A DNA stretch of 64,000 nucleotides, taken from positions 1,312,001-1,376,000 of the forward strand of contig CAWCKJ010000004.1 in assembly GCA_963796105.1 (NCBI GenBank), given 5' to 3'. A program made the translations under genes and the position numbers. Position 1 is the stretch's first letter. Each line of letters starts with the position of its first letter. This DNA comes from a candidate division FCPU426 bacterium. Its GTDB lineage: Bacteria > Oederibacteriota > Muellerivitia > Muellerivitales > Muellerivitaceae. Of the stretch, positions 47,677-57,480 are shown in pieces. The notes under the pieces were generated by a model. The model was not told where the DNA came from and ran no database searches. It saw nothing but the letters and a program-made list of their open reading frames with translations.

Positions 47677-48639
47677 ATGCCCATGTTCGACCTGCCTTTA
47701 AAACAGCTCAAAACCTACAAAGGGTCAAACCCCAAACCAAAGGATTTTGACCGGTATTGGGATGGCGCTTTAAATGAGATGAGGTCCATCAAGCCAGAAG
47801 TGGAATTAATTCGTAACAAAACCATTCATACCTCTTTTGCGGAATGTTTTGACTTGTATTGGAAAGGAGTGGGAGGAGCCCGCATCCACGCTAAACTATT
47901 GCGGCCCAATAAGACGCCCCGGTCCCAGCCAGCCATTTGCTTTTTCCACGGGTACAGCGTTTCCTCCGGCAACTGGGCCGATAAATTGGGTTATGTAGCC
48001 TCTGGGTTCACGGTGGCGGCCATGGATTGCCGCGGACAGGGAGGAACCTCAGAGGACAAGGGGGGAGTGAAGGGCACCACCCTCAGGGGACAATTCATCC
48101 GGGGATTGGACGACAAGCCCGAGAACCTGCTTTTCCGCCAGATTTTCCTGGACGCGGCCCAAATGGCCAGGATCGTCATGGAATTGCCGGGAGTGGACCC
48201 GAAACGCGTCGGAGCCATGGGAGGCAGCCAGGGGGGAGGGTTGACCCTGGCCTGCGCGGCTTTGACACCCGGCATCCGACGGATCGCGCCTGTCCATCCT
48301 TTCCTATCCGATTACAAACGGGTGTGGGACCTGGATTTGGCCAAGGACGCCTATGAGGAACTCCGGTACTATTTCCGCCAATTCGACCCGAACCATGAGC
48401 GGGAAAAGGAAGTTTTTTCCCGCTTGGGATATATCGATGTTCATCACCTGGCTCCCCGGATCAAAGCGGAGGTCCTGATGGCGGTCACCTTGATGGATAC
48501 CATCTGTCCTCCATCCACCCAATTCGCCGCTTACAACAATATCCGGTCAAAAAAACGAATGGTCCTTTATCCCGATTACGGCCACGAATACCTGCCGAAT
48601 TTCGAGGACAAAGCCTTTGAGTTTATGAGGGGGTTGTAA
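47677..48639 (+). CDS. Acetyl xylan esterase / cephalosporin-C deacetylase (CE7)
   Basis: FHGY, DCRGQGG, GGSQGG, D.ICPPSTQFAAYN, YGHE. Confidence 0.93.
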   Translation: MPMFDLPLKQLKTYKGSNPKPKDFDRYWDGALNEMRSIKPEVELIRNKTIHTSFAECFDLYWKGVGGARIHAKLLRPNKTPRSQPAICFFHGYSVSSGNWADKLGYVASGFTVAAMDCRGQGGTSEDKGGVKGTTLRGQFIRGLDDKPENLLFRQIFLDAAQMARIVMELPGVDPKRVGAMGGSQGGGLTLACAALTPGIRRIAPVHPFLSDYKRVWDLDLAKDAYEELRYYFRQFDPNHEREKEVFSRLGYIDVHHLAPRIKAEVLMAVTLMDTICPPSTQFAAYNNIRSKKRMVLYPDYGHEYLPNFEDKAFEFMRGL

Positions 48640-48832
48640 CGGCGGAACTTTGCAGTTCCGGCGGGAGGAGGACCACCGCGGATTGGTCCCAAATCTCCAA
48701 ACCATCCTTTTCGGTGGCCACGACGAAACCGTGGAATTCCCCGCTCGCGCCCTTGAATAACTGGGTCACGAGGGTCCCGACCTTATTGGTCTTGAAATTA
48801 CCGACATGATGGTTTACGACAAATTGAAACAT
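48623..48832 (-). CDS. Small hypothetical protein
   Basis: ORF with GGAGG RBS filling an intergenic gap. Confidence 0.5.
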   Translation of the reverse strand: MFQFVVNHHVGNFKTNKVGTLVTQLFKGASGEFHGFVVATEKDGLEIWDQSAVVLLPPELQSSAVTTPS

Positions 48833-48939
48833 GAAAAGCCTCCATCCGCTTGAATTTAGTTAAAATCCAATTACGGATCGATCATAGCAGTAATGAAAAC
48901 CTAAAGTACCGTAAATCGGGCAACTCGATCGGAGATACC

Positions 48940-49584
48940 ATGTTCCAGCAAGATTACTGGGAAAGAAAGTCCTTGGAAGGCCGAAGGCCTCCCGGTCATC
49001 CCGTGGTCCGTCAGTATGTCCTGCCAAAAATCGAGATGTTGAGAAAACATATTCCGATGGAAAAAAAACACAGGTTGTTGGACGTCGGCTGCGGAAACGG
49101 ATTTTTTTCCAGCTATTTCGACGCTATTTGCGAGACGGTCGGCGTGGATTATTCGGAAAAGCTGTTGGCGAAAAATCCCATATCCAGGAAAGTCCTCATG
49201 GATGCCAACCGGCTGGCCTTCCAAGATTTCTCTTTTGACGTGGTTTTTTGCCATGCCCTGCTGCATCACGTGGAAGATCAGGTCCGGGTTTTATCCGAGA
49301 TGAGGCGTGTTTCAAGGAAATATGTCGTAGTCATGGAGCCCAACCGCAACAATCCCCTTATGTTCCTTTTTTCAGCGCTTGTGCCCCAGGAAAGGAAAGC
49401 CCTCGATTTTTCGCCGGCCAACCTGAGAAAAACACTTGAGGCCAGCCGGCTCAAGATCGTTTGGGTTGTTTCCCAAGGAATGACTGTCCCCAACAAATTG
49501 CCCGTGTTCCTGCTTCCTTTGATGAAATTTCTTGATTTCCCCCAGCCCTTTGGGATGACCAATATTCTCATCGCCGAACGTTAA
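48940..49584 (+). CDS. Class I SAM-dependent methyltransferase
   Basis: LLDVGCGNG, FDVVF...LHH. Confidence 0.9.
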   Translation: MFQQDYWERKSLEGRRPPGHPVVRQYVLPKIEMLRKHIPMEKKHRLLDVGCGNGFFSSYFDAICETVGVDYSEKLLAKNPISRKVLMDANRLAFQDFSFDVVFCHALLHHVEDQVRVLSEMRRVSRKYVVVMEPNRNNPLMFLFSALVPQERKALDFSPANLRKTLEASRLKIVWVVSQGMTVPNKLPVFLLPLMKFLDFPQPFGMTNILIAER

Positions 49585-49709
49585 TTTATTAACGCCCGAT
49601 GGTCAGGCTTTATACTGGTACTTGAAGGTTTTAAAATGCTTTGCCAAAACCGCTCCGGCCTTTTTCCCAGGCGGGCGGCGATGGATTGACGGATTTGATT
49701 GAGGATGGA

Positions 49710-50507
49710 ATGTTCAAAAAACAAGATGAAAGAACCCTGGCCTTGGATGTCGAGAACATCACTTTAGCTTTCGGGGGGCTCGTTGCGGTGGATGATTTTT
49801 CCCTGGTTCTTCACCAGGGAGAGCTAGCGGGATTGATCGGCCCCAATGGCGCGGGCAAAACCACCGTTTTCAACATTCTCTCAGGCATCTATCAACCCCA
49901 GGAAGGGGATGTCCGGATTTTCGGGAAGGCGGCGCTGGGTTTGAGGCCTCACCAAATCACCCATATGGGCCTCGTCCGGACCTTTCAAAATATCAGGCTT
50001 TTCATGGGACTCACGGTGGAGACCAATATCAAAGTGGCTTTCCACCATTCCCAACCCTATGGGATAGGATCAGCCTTGGCCCGAAGCGTCCGGTTCGCGG
50101 AGTCTGAAAAAAGATTTGAGGATGAGACCCAGCGTTTGATGGAAGTGATGGATTTGACCTCCCGGAAAGGATATTTAGCCTCGGCGCTATCCTATGGGGA
50201 CCAAAAAAAACTTGAGATCGCGAGGGCCCTGGCCACGGGAGCTAAAATCCTTCTTTTAGACGAGCCCGCCGCGGGAATGAACCCCCAGGAAACCCAATGG
50301 CTGATGGAGGTGATCCGGCGGCTTCGGACGGATTTTCAGCTGTCTATCTTACTCATTGAGCATGACATGAAGGTGATTATGGGCATTTGCGAGAAGATCC
50401 ACGTCATGGACCATGGGGTGAAAATCGCGGAGGGAACGGCCCGGGAAGTCCAGGAGGATCCGAAGGTCATCGAGGCGTACCTGGGAATGAAAAAAAAGAA
50501 GGGATGA
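49710..50507 (+). CDS. livG: Branched-chain amino acid ABC transporter ATPase
   Basis: GPNGAGKT, RTFQNIRLF, LSYGDQK.LEIARALA, IEHDM. Confidence 0.92.
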   Translation: MFKKQDERTLALDVENITLAFGGLVAVDDFSLVLHQGELAGLIGPNGAGKTTVFNILSGIYQPQEGDVRIFGKAALGLRPHQITHMGLVRTFQNIRLFMGLTVETNIKVAFHHSQPYGIGSALARSVRFAESEKRFEDETQRLMEVMDLTSRKGYLASALSYGDQKKLEIARALATGAKILLLDEPAAGMNPQETQWLMEVIRRLRTDFQLSILLIEHDMKVIMGICEKIHVMDHGVKIAEGTAREVQEDPKVIEAYLGMKKKKG

Positions 50508-50510
50508 AAA

Positions 50511-51230
50511 TTGCTTGAAATAACCGGTCTTTCCGTTTTTTACGATTCCATCCAAGCCTTGAGGAATGTCAGCTTGAGGGTGCCGAAAGGCTCCATCGTC
50601 TGCATGATCGGGGCTAATGGGGCTGGTAAATCCACGGTATTAAGGGCAATCTCCGGGCTTAAAAGACTCAAGAGCGGTGAAATCCGTTTCAATGGAAAAT
50701 CCATCAATGGGTTGGAGCCCCATCAACTTGTTCAAATGGGAATCGTTCAATGCCCTGAGGGAAGGGGAGTGTTTCCCAACCTGACAGTGGATGAGAACCT
50801 GGGCTTGGGGGCTTATGCGCGAAATGACGCAACCCGAATCCAAAAGGACTTGGAGCATGTTTATTCCCTTTTTCCACGCCTCCAGGAGCGGCATAAACAA
50901 ATGGCGGGAACTCTTTCGGGAGGGGAACAGCAAATGTTGACGATCGGCAGGGCACTTATGGCCCGGCCCCAATTACTACTCCTAGATGAACCTTCCCTAG
51001 GATTAGCTCCCCAAGTCACTGAATTGATTTTCGAGACGATCGAGAAAATAAACAGAGAAGGAACCACCATTCTTCTCGTGGAACAAAACGCCCAATTGGC
51101 CCTGGAAGCGGCTTCTTATGCCTATGTCCTGGAAACAGGAACTCTGATCCTGGAGGGAGATGCTTTGAAGGTCCTGGAAAATCCGATTGTAAAACAGGCC
51201 TATCTTGGGGAATCGGCTTTGCAGGGATGA
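50511..51230 (+). CDS. livF: Branched-chain amino acid ABC transporter ATPase
   Basis: GANGAGKS, PEGR.VF, LSGGEQQML, DEPSLGLAP, VEQNA. Confidence 0.93.
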   Translation: MLEITGLSVFYDSIQALRNVSLRVPKGSIVCMIGANGAGKSTVLRAISGLKRLKSGEIRFNGKSINGLEPHQLVQMGIVQCPEGRGVFPNLTVDENLGLGAYARNDATRIQKDLEHVYSLFPRLQERHKQMAGTLSGGEQQMLTIGRALMARPQLLLLDEPSLGLAPQVTELIFETIEKINREGTTILLVEQNAQLALEAASYAYVLETGTLILEGDALKVLENPIVKQAYLGESALQG

Positions 51231-51390
51231 GACGTTCGTTTTAATAAAAGAAAGAAAAGCGCCAAGAAAAATCTGGTTTTTATTTTCATCCCGCTCTAGG
51301 GGTAGGGTTATAATCTTTAAATGGCTTGTGTACCGGACGGGCTCCCGCGGATCAAGGCAAAGCCGATAACATTTTCAAAAGGTGAAGAAT

Positions 51391-51816
51391 ATGTCAAAAA
51401 ATAAATTATTTTGGTTTTTGTTGGCGGCGATTTTGGGGACTTCAGGCCTTGCTTGGGCCCAAAACTACCATTGTCAGGATTATATGAGGCTGGCGCAAAG
51501 GGCCTACCAGAGCAAAAAAGTTGATATGGCGCTCGAGTATTACCAAGCGGCCGCGGATGACAATGAACAATACTGGCAGGCTTTCCAAGGGCTAGGAACC
51601 TGCTATTACTTGAAGGGAAAAAAGAAGGACGCCCTCACGGCTTTTGAAAAAGCCTATCAGTTAAATCCGGGTAATAACGCCCTTCTTCAATTCATCCAGG
51701 CCTTGAGAAGGGTATTAGGGATGCTGCCCCTGGCGATACCCACCCCGACCCCGGTAGTGAATTCCATGCCCGTTCCCGTCGAGAACGCTCTTCCTCCCGG
51801 GCAAACCATTCATTGA
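51391..51816 (+). CDS. Exported TPR protein
   Basis: Signal peptide; TPR motifs. Confidence 0.8.
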   Translation: MSKNKLFWFLLAAILGTSGLAWAQNYHCQDYMRLAQRAYQSKKVDMALEYYQAAADDNEQYWQAFQGLGTCYYLKGKKKDALTAFEKAYQLNPGNNALLQFIQALRRVLGMLPLAIPTPTPVVNSMPVPVENALPPGQTIH

Positions 51817-51853
51817 AAACTGGGTTGTGTTGTTTCGCGGGAAAGAGGATTTA

Positions 51854-52720
51854 ATGCGGCGTATTAAAAGACAATTTTTTTTATCTTTGCTTTTACTCGC
51901 AGCCATAAGGGTATGTCAGGCCCAGGATTTATCCCCCCGCTATTTGGCCGCCGCGAATCAGGCTTACCTTGCGAAAAATTACGACCAGGCGATCCTGTAT
52001 TATCAGGCGGTGGTGAAGTTGAACCCCCAGTCCACTGCCGCGGAACTAGGTCTGGGAAACAGTTTTTTCGTGGAACGCCGTTACGGGGAAGCTTTGACAG
52101 CTTATCAGGCTGTTCTCAAGCTCGATCCGAACAACGCCCAAGCCTCGCGCTTAATTGAGGTTTTACGGAAGAACAATTCGTCACCCGCGCCGACGGCAAC
52201 TTCCACGCTGCCTATTGGGCCGGTGGTGGATGTTTCCCATCCCGTGACTGTTCAACCGGAAGGCCACCGATACATGGGTATCGGAGGAGGCATGGCTTCG
52301 CCTTCCCAGGGAGTAAATGATAAATTTCAATCCGGGTATGGACTTGAGTTTTATGTGGGTTATGCCGACGCGGGCAAACTATCTTTTCTCATTTCCGTCG
52401 CGGGCTACGAATTTCCCTTGAAAGCCAGCACTCTGAGCCAAGACGAGGTGGAAATCGTGCCGGGAGTGAGGCTTACCTTCGGGAATAAAATCAGGCCCTA
52501 TCTCTGCGCGGGTTTGGGAATGGATTTTGACATCAGCAATTACACGGGGGGTTCCTCAACCAATACCAACTTCATGCTGCAGGGCGGGGCTGGATTGGAA
52601 TTTGAGTTCTCGAAAGGAACAAGTTTTTTTGTGGAGGGAATATATTCTGAGGTGTTCGGATCGTCCGCGTTTGCCTACATCCCTTTTAATGCCGGTTTCC
52701 ATTTCGACTTGGGAACTTAG
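51854..52720 (+). CDS. TPR plus outer-membrane beta-barrel protein
   Basis: N-terminal TPRs; RPYLCAGLG, QGGAGLEF. Confidence 0.8.
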   Translation: MRRIKRQFFLSLLLLAAIRVCQAQDLSPRYLAAANQAYLAKNYDQAILYYQAVVKLNPQSTAAELGLGNSFFVERRYGEALTAYQAVLKLDPNNAQASRLIEVLRKNNSSPAPTATSTLPIGPVVDVSHPVTVQPEGHRYMGIGGGMASPSQGVNDKFQSGYGLEFYVGYADAGKLSFLISVAGYEFPLKASTLSQDEVEIVPGVRLTFGNKIRPYLCAGLGMDFDISNYTGGSSTNTNFMLQGGAGLEFEFSKGTSFFVEGIYSEVFGSSAFAYIPFNAGFHFDLGT

Positions 52721-52991
52721 AACTTCAAATTAAAACCTAATTTCACCACAGGTTCCTTCGGAACCGCGGTAATAAAAAACATTAATGTTTTAATACCTTA
52801 AACCCAAAGACAACTTACTTCGGCGCGAAGTCCCATTGTTTAAAGAAGTAATTATTTTATCGTTACTTAAGATTTTCAATTCAAATCTAAATTGAATAAA
52901 AAAGCGAGAAAAGATTTTTTTAAAATCAACGATTAATCTCTACGAATTTTGTGCGCTGCTGAAGGCAGCCTGTGGCGAAAGCCGGTTGGTT

Positions 52992-54512
52992 TCAAGGTTT
53001 AAAGCCGTAAAGATCCCCGAACTTTTTCCCTAAATAATCCAAGAAGTCATCCGGGCTTAATTCTTTTCCAGTGACAGTTAGGCATAAATCCAGGGCCTTG
53101 TATTTCTGTCCTTGGGAATGGATTTTCTCATTCAGCCACTTCCGCAAGGGCGTGAAATCCCCCCGCTCCATTTGCGGCTCCAGCGGTCCCAATTCGTGTT
53201 CCGCCGCCTTGAAAAACTGGGCTGCGAAGAGGTTGCCCAAAGTGTAGGTGGGGAAGTAGCCAAAACTTCCATGACTCCAATGCACGTCCTGTAGGCAACC
53301 CAAGGCGTCATTCGAGGGGGAAATTCCCAGGAATTTTTTCATCGCGGCATTCCAGGCTTCCGGAATTTCCTTTGGCTTCATGTTTCCACCGATTAAATCC
53401 AATTCGATCTCGTACCGCAGGCAGATGTGGAGGTTGTAGGTCACCTCATCCGACTCGGTGCGGATCAAGCTGGGGGAAGAATGGTTGATGGCGAAGTGGA
53501 ATTCCTCCAGCGAATTTCCCTCAAAAACACCCGGGAAGGTTTTTTTCAATTCCGGGAAAAAATATTTCCAGAATCCCAGGCTTCGACCCACCAGGTTCTC
53601 CCAAAGACGGGATTGGGACTCGTGAATGCCCAGGGAGACCGCCGAGGCCCGGGGAGTGCCGTAAAGATCTTGGGATGAAGGCAGTCCTTGGTCATAAAGG
53701 CCGTGTCCGGCCTCATGCAGGGTGCTGAAAAAGGAATTCTCGAAATTTCGTTCCTCGAAACGGGTGGTGATTCTAGTGTCACCCGGCCCCAGGCCGGTGG
53801 TGAAGGGGTGCGCGGACAGGTCGATACGGCCCCGGTTGAAATCAAAGCCGATGGACTCGGCTAATTTCCGGCAGAAAGCCTGCTGGGCCTCGATGGGGCA
53901 GGGTCTTTTCAGGATGGAAAGATCGGGTTTCCGCTTGGCGGAGGCGATTTTAGCGACCAATCCGGAAAGTTTCTCCCTTAAGGTGGGAAGAAGCGCATTC
54001 AAGCGGGAAGAAGTCAGGCCGGGCTCATAATCCTCCAGAAGGGCATCATAGGGATGCCCCTGATAGCCATAGCATTCCGCCTGCTGACGGACAAGTCCGA
54101 TGGTCCTCTCAAGCCAGGGTTCAAAAAGGGAAAAGTCGCTTTTTTTTCGGGCTTCCACCCAAACCACCTGGGCATTGGAGGCCACGCGGGCCATCTCTTC
54201 TACCAGGATTTGGGGAAGTTTTCTAGAGCGGTCATAGGACCGCCGCCATTCTCGGAGGTTGACCAAGGCGTCCGAGAGGGGATCGGCGCCGGCATTAAGG
54301 GAGGCTTGGGACAGGAGTTCTCCGATTTCCGGGGAGGTGAATTTTTTGTGGCACATTCCCGCGAGCAATGACAACTGCTCCGCCCGATATTCAGCGTTGG
54401 CCGGGGGCATGTAAACTTCCTGGTCCCATCCCAATAAGCCGGCGGCGTTGCCCAAAAGGGACAATTCCTTCATCCGGCTCATGAGTTCTGTGTAAGCCTG
54501 TTCGGGGTTCAT
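52992..54512 (-). CDS. Carboxypeptidase M32 (Taq)
   Basis: HPF, HEAGH, HESQS, IRTESDE, QDVHW, GYFPTY. Confidence 0.96.
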   Translation of the reverse strand: MNPEQAYTELMSRMKELSLLGNAAGLLGWDQEVYMPPANAEYRAEQLSLLAGMCHKKFTSPEIGELLSQASLNAGADPLSDALVNLREWRRSYDRSRKLPQILVEEMARVASNAQVVWVEARKKSDFSLFEPWLERTIGLVRQQAECYGYQGHPYDALLEDYEPGLTSSRLNALLPTLREKLSGLVAKIASAKRKPDLSILKRPCPIEAQQAFCRKLAESIGFDFNRGRIDLSAHPFTTGLGPGDTRITTRFEERNFENSFFSTLHEAGHGLYDQGLPSSQDLYGTPRASAVSLGIHESQSRLWENLVGRSLGFWKYFFPELKKTFPGVFEGNSLEEFHFAINHSSPSLIRTESDEVTYNLHICLRYEIELDLIGGNMKPKEIPEAWNAAMKKFLGISPSNDALGCLQDVHWSHGSFGYFPTYTLGNLFAAQFFKAAEHELGPLEPQMERGDFTPLRKWLNEKIHSQGQKYKALDLCLTVTGKELSPDDFLDYLGKKFGDLYGFKP

Positions 54513-54672
54513 GAAAACTCCTTCATAAAAGGCTTAATTTTAAATTAATGGTAGATAATACCGTGGGGCGAAAAATTAAGGTTTCCACTTGGAGGACTCT
54601 CCCGATTCCGTTTGAAGGGCAAGGAGGGTTTCCGAAGTCGGGCATGGTCCCGACTCTTATTGGCATGGTTTT

Positions 54673-55272
54673 TTATACGATTTGAATTAAAATTCTTTTT
54701 AATTCATCAAATGTTTCCGCACTGCGCATTTCCTTTTCCCGCTTTTTCAACGCGTCACAGGCCTTGAATAATATCCCAACATCGGCTCCTCTCAACATCT
54801 TGACGTCATTAAAAGAATCCCCTACTGCGATGGTTTCAAAGCCAGCTTCCTTAAAGCGTTTCACCACCTCGATTTTTCCATCCGGCTCGCGCAATATGTA
54901 ATCAACAACCATCCCATCCTTATCTATGACCAGGGAATTGGCATAAGTGAATGGACTCCCGATTTTTTCAATCAACGGGCCGATATATTCATAATAACTA
55001 CCAGTCAATATTGCCGCCTGTGCTTTGGACCGCAACCAATCCAAAAATTCCTTGGCTCCCTCAAAAGCGTTCATTCTCAAGACGATTTTGTGCATTTCGT
55101 GGATACCTAGATGATGCTTCTTCAAAACAGCCAGCCTCATTTTCATCAACACATCATAATCAGGCTCATCCCTGGTTGTTTTCATGAGCTCCGGAATTCC
55201 AGTGATTTTCGAAAACTCCTCCCAAAATTCAGGAATAAGAACGCCTTCCAGGTCAAAACAGACCACCTTCAT
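54673..55272 (-). CDS. thrH: Phosphoserine phosphatase / homoserine phosphotransferase
   Basis: DLEGVL.PE.W, TTRDEPDYD.LM, GDSFND. Confidence 0.93.
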   Translation of the reverse strand: MKVVCFDLEGVLIPEFWEEFSKITGIPELMKTTRDEPDYDVLMKMRLAVLKKHHLGIHEMHKIVLRMNAFEGAKEFLDWLRSKAQAAILTGSYYEYIGPLIEKIGSPFTYANSLVIDKDGMVVDYILREPDGKIEVVKRFKEAGFETIAVGDSFNDVKMLRGADVGILFKACDALKKREKEMRSAETFDELKRILIQIV

Positions 55273-55381
55273 AAAATGACCCCCGGACGAAGTGATTTAA
55301 GCATTTTTGACGTTTCCCCAAATTCGGCCAAAATTCAAATTAGTATAACTTAAAAGAATTAAAAACAGGAAACCACCCATT

Positions 55382-56353
55382 TTACCCTGCGAAAGTTTGA
55401 CGAATGAAGGCCACATCTTCCATGGTCAGGGGTTTTTCTGAGACAGAGAGGTTCACTTGAACCTGGTTTGAATTGCGGAAACCAGGAATGACGCAGGCTA
55501 CGCAGGGAACAGCCAGAAGATATTGCAGGGCGGCCCGCGCCAAATCCTTGATGTCGGGCCCGAACCTGGCTTTCAATTTTTCAATTTTGGGTTGGATTTT
55601 CACGAGTTGCTCCGAAGTGAAACGCTGGTCTCCCAGCCGATGGTCCCCGGCCTCGAATTTCGGGGGATTTTTCGGGTCAAATTTACCCAGCAGGATTCCC
55701 TGGTTCAGGGGAGAAAAGGCCACAAAGCTCAACTTACCTTCATCCAACAATTTGCGGACCGGGGTGCCTTCCCGGATGAACTGGTCATCCATGGAGTGCG
55801 CCCAGCTTTGCAGTACATCAGGCTTGACTTTGGGTACCAGCCTCTCGAAATCCCCGTTGGAATAGGAGGAAAGGCCGATCAAACGGATCTTGCCTTCCTT
55901 GCGAAGCTGGTTCATGACGCCCACTGCCCCATCCAGGTAGCGGTCGTTGTGGCCAAAGTCACCATGGTGGAAGTAATAAAGGTCGAGGACGTCCCGCTTC
56001 AGGTTGATCAGGGATTGCTCGCACTGGTGGCGGATGTGGGCCGGCTCATAGGCGTGCTCGGCGGTGCCGGGAAACCAGCCCACCTTGCTGGCGATACTGA
56101 CTTTTTTAGAACGGCCGCCCAGGACGCGGGAAAGCATCTGCTCGGCCTTCCCGTTTCCATACACATCGGCGTTATCAAAATGGTTCACTCCCTGATCCAA
56201 GGCGTAGTCGATAGCTTTCCTGACCTCGGCCTCATCCACGTTCGCCCACCCGTTGGGGGAGCCGTTGACCCAGTTCAAACCTCCCAGGGTCCAACAACCC
56301 AAGCTGACCTCTGAAACTTGTATGTCCGAATGACCCAATTTACGGTAACGCAT
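55382..56353 (-). CDS. Aldo/keto reductase
   Basis: LGCW..GG, FDNADVYG.G, SL..L..D..DLY..H. Confidence 0.93.
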   Translation of the reverse strand: MRYRKLGHSDIQVSEVSLGCWTLGGLNWVNGSPNGWANVDEAEVRKAIDYALDQGVNHFDNADVYGNGKAEQMLSRVLGGRSKKVSIASKVGWFPGTAEHAYEPAHIRHQCEQSLINLKRDVLDLYYFHHGDFGHNDRYLDGAVGVMNQLRKEGKIRLIGLSSYSNGDFERLVPKVKPDVLQSWAHSMDDQFIREGTPVRKLLDEGKLSFVAFSPLNQGILLGKFDPKNPPKFEAGDHRLGDQRFTSEQLVKIQPKIEKLKARFGPDIKDLARAALQYLLAVPCVACVIPGFRNSNQVQVNLSVSEKPLTMEDVAFIRQTFAG

Positions 56354-56449
56354 AAGAACACCTTTCCGCTATGAAATGAAGAAAAGAGTATGGAAGTTGA
56401 TTTTAACGATTTTGATAGGATATTCCCATGTTTTTGAATGAGAGGAATA

Positions 56450-57400
56450 TTAATGGTTGAGTTTTTGATGGGCGGCTTTTTCAAGCCGGTCGTTGATAGC
56501 CCGGCCCAGGCCTTGAGAGGGAAGGGAATAGGCCAAAATCAAATCCAAACCTTGAGCATCCAGCCGGCGCAGGGCCGCGAAAAATTTTGAGGCGGCCTCT
56601 CTCAAATCCCCCTTCTCGGATAAGAGTTCCACCGCCGTGAAGGGAGTCAAGTCCTCAGGCGCGGTGAGGGATAGAAGCCCGATTTTTTTATTTCCTGGAA
56701 AAGATCTAACCAATTGGTTCAAGTATAGAGGGGTGGTTGGGGCGTAATGGGTGGGAAGTTGTCCGGGAGCCTGAGGCTTATCCTCTGAGGGGAGGCCTAT
56801 CTGGATTTCTCCGATCAAGTCCTGAATTTCCTCCAGGGGTAATCCGCCAGGACGAAGTAAAATAGGAATTTCACTGGTAAATGAAACCACTGTGGATTCC
56901 ACACCCACCAGACAAGCTCCCCCGTCCAATATCAAGTCCACCTTGTCCCCCAAGTTTTTCCTGACATGTTCCGCGGTTGTGGGGCTGATTTGTCCAAAGG
57001 GATTGGCGCTGGGCGCGGCGATGGGCCGTCCGGATTTAATGATCAATTCCAAGGCCAAGGGATGGTTCGGTACTCGAAGAGCCACGGTGGGAAGGGAGGA
57101 AGTCACCAGATCCGGTACCCGAGAGGATTTGGGGAGAACCACCGTCAGGGGCCCCGGCCAAAATCGTTCCGTTAGTTTCAAGGCTTTTGATGGAAACCCT
57201 AACGTCAATATTTCCGCCTGCCTGGCATCAGCCACATGAACGATAAGGGGATCGAAACGGGGCCTGTTTTTCACCTCGAATATCCGAGCTACAGCCATCG
57301 GATTCAACGCGTCAGCACCAAGGCCATATACGGTCTCGGTGGGGAAGGCTACGAGCCCCCCTTCCTGGATGATTTTCACAGCTTTGTCGATTTCAGACAT
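56450..57400 (-). CDS. sua5: L-threonylcarbamoyladenylate synthase (Sua5)
   Basis: FPTETVYGLGA, K.RP..DPLIVH, APSAN, PGQ...HYAP. Confidence 0.96.
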   Translation of the reverse strand: MSEIDKAVKIIQEGGLVAFPTETVYGLGADALNPMAVARIFEVKNRPRFDPLIVHVADARQAEILTLGFPSKALKLTERFWPGPLTVVLPKSSRVPDLVTSSLPTVALRVPNHPLALELIIKSGRPIAAPSANPFGQISPTTAEHVRKNLGDKVDLILDGGACLVGVESTVVSFTSEIPILLRPGGLPLEEIQDLIGEIQIGLPSEDKPQAPGQLPTHYAPTTPLYLNQLVRSFPGNKKIGLLSLTAPEDLTPFTAVELLSEKGDLREAASKFFAALRRLDAQGLDLILAYSLPSQGLGRAINDRLEKAAHQKLNH

Positions 57401-57480
57401 AGTCTCTATTTACCATAGGGGCCAAGGCATTCCTACCCTGAAATTAGCTTGGCTCCAAGAAATCCGGGCGTTATCCTGCC

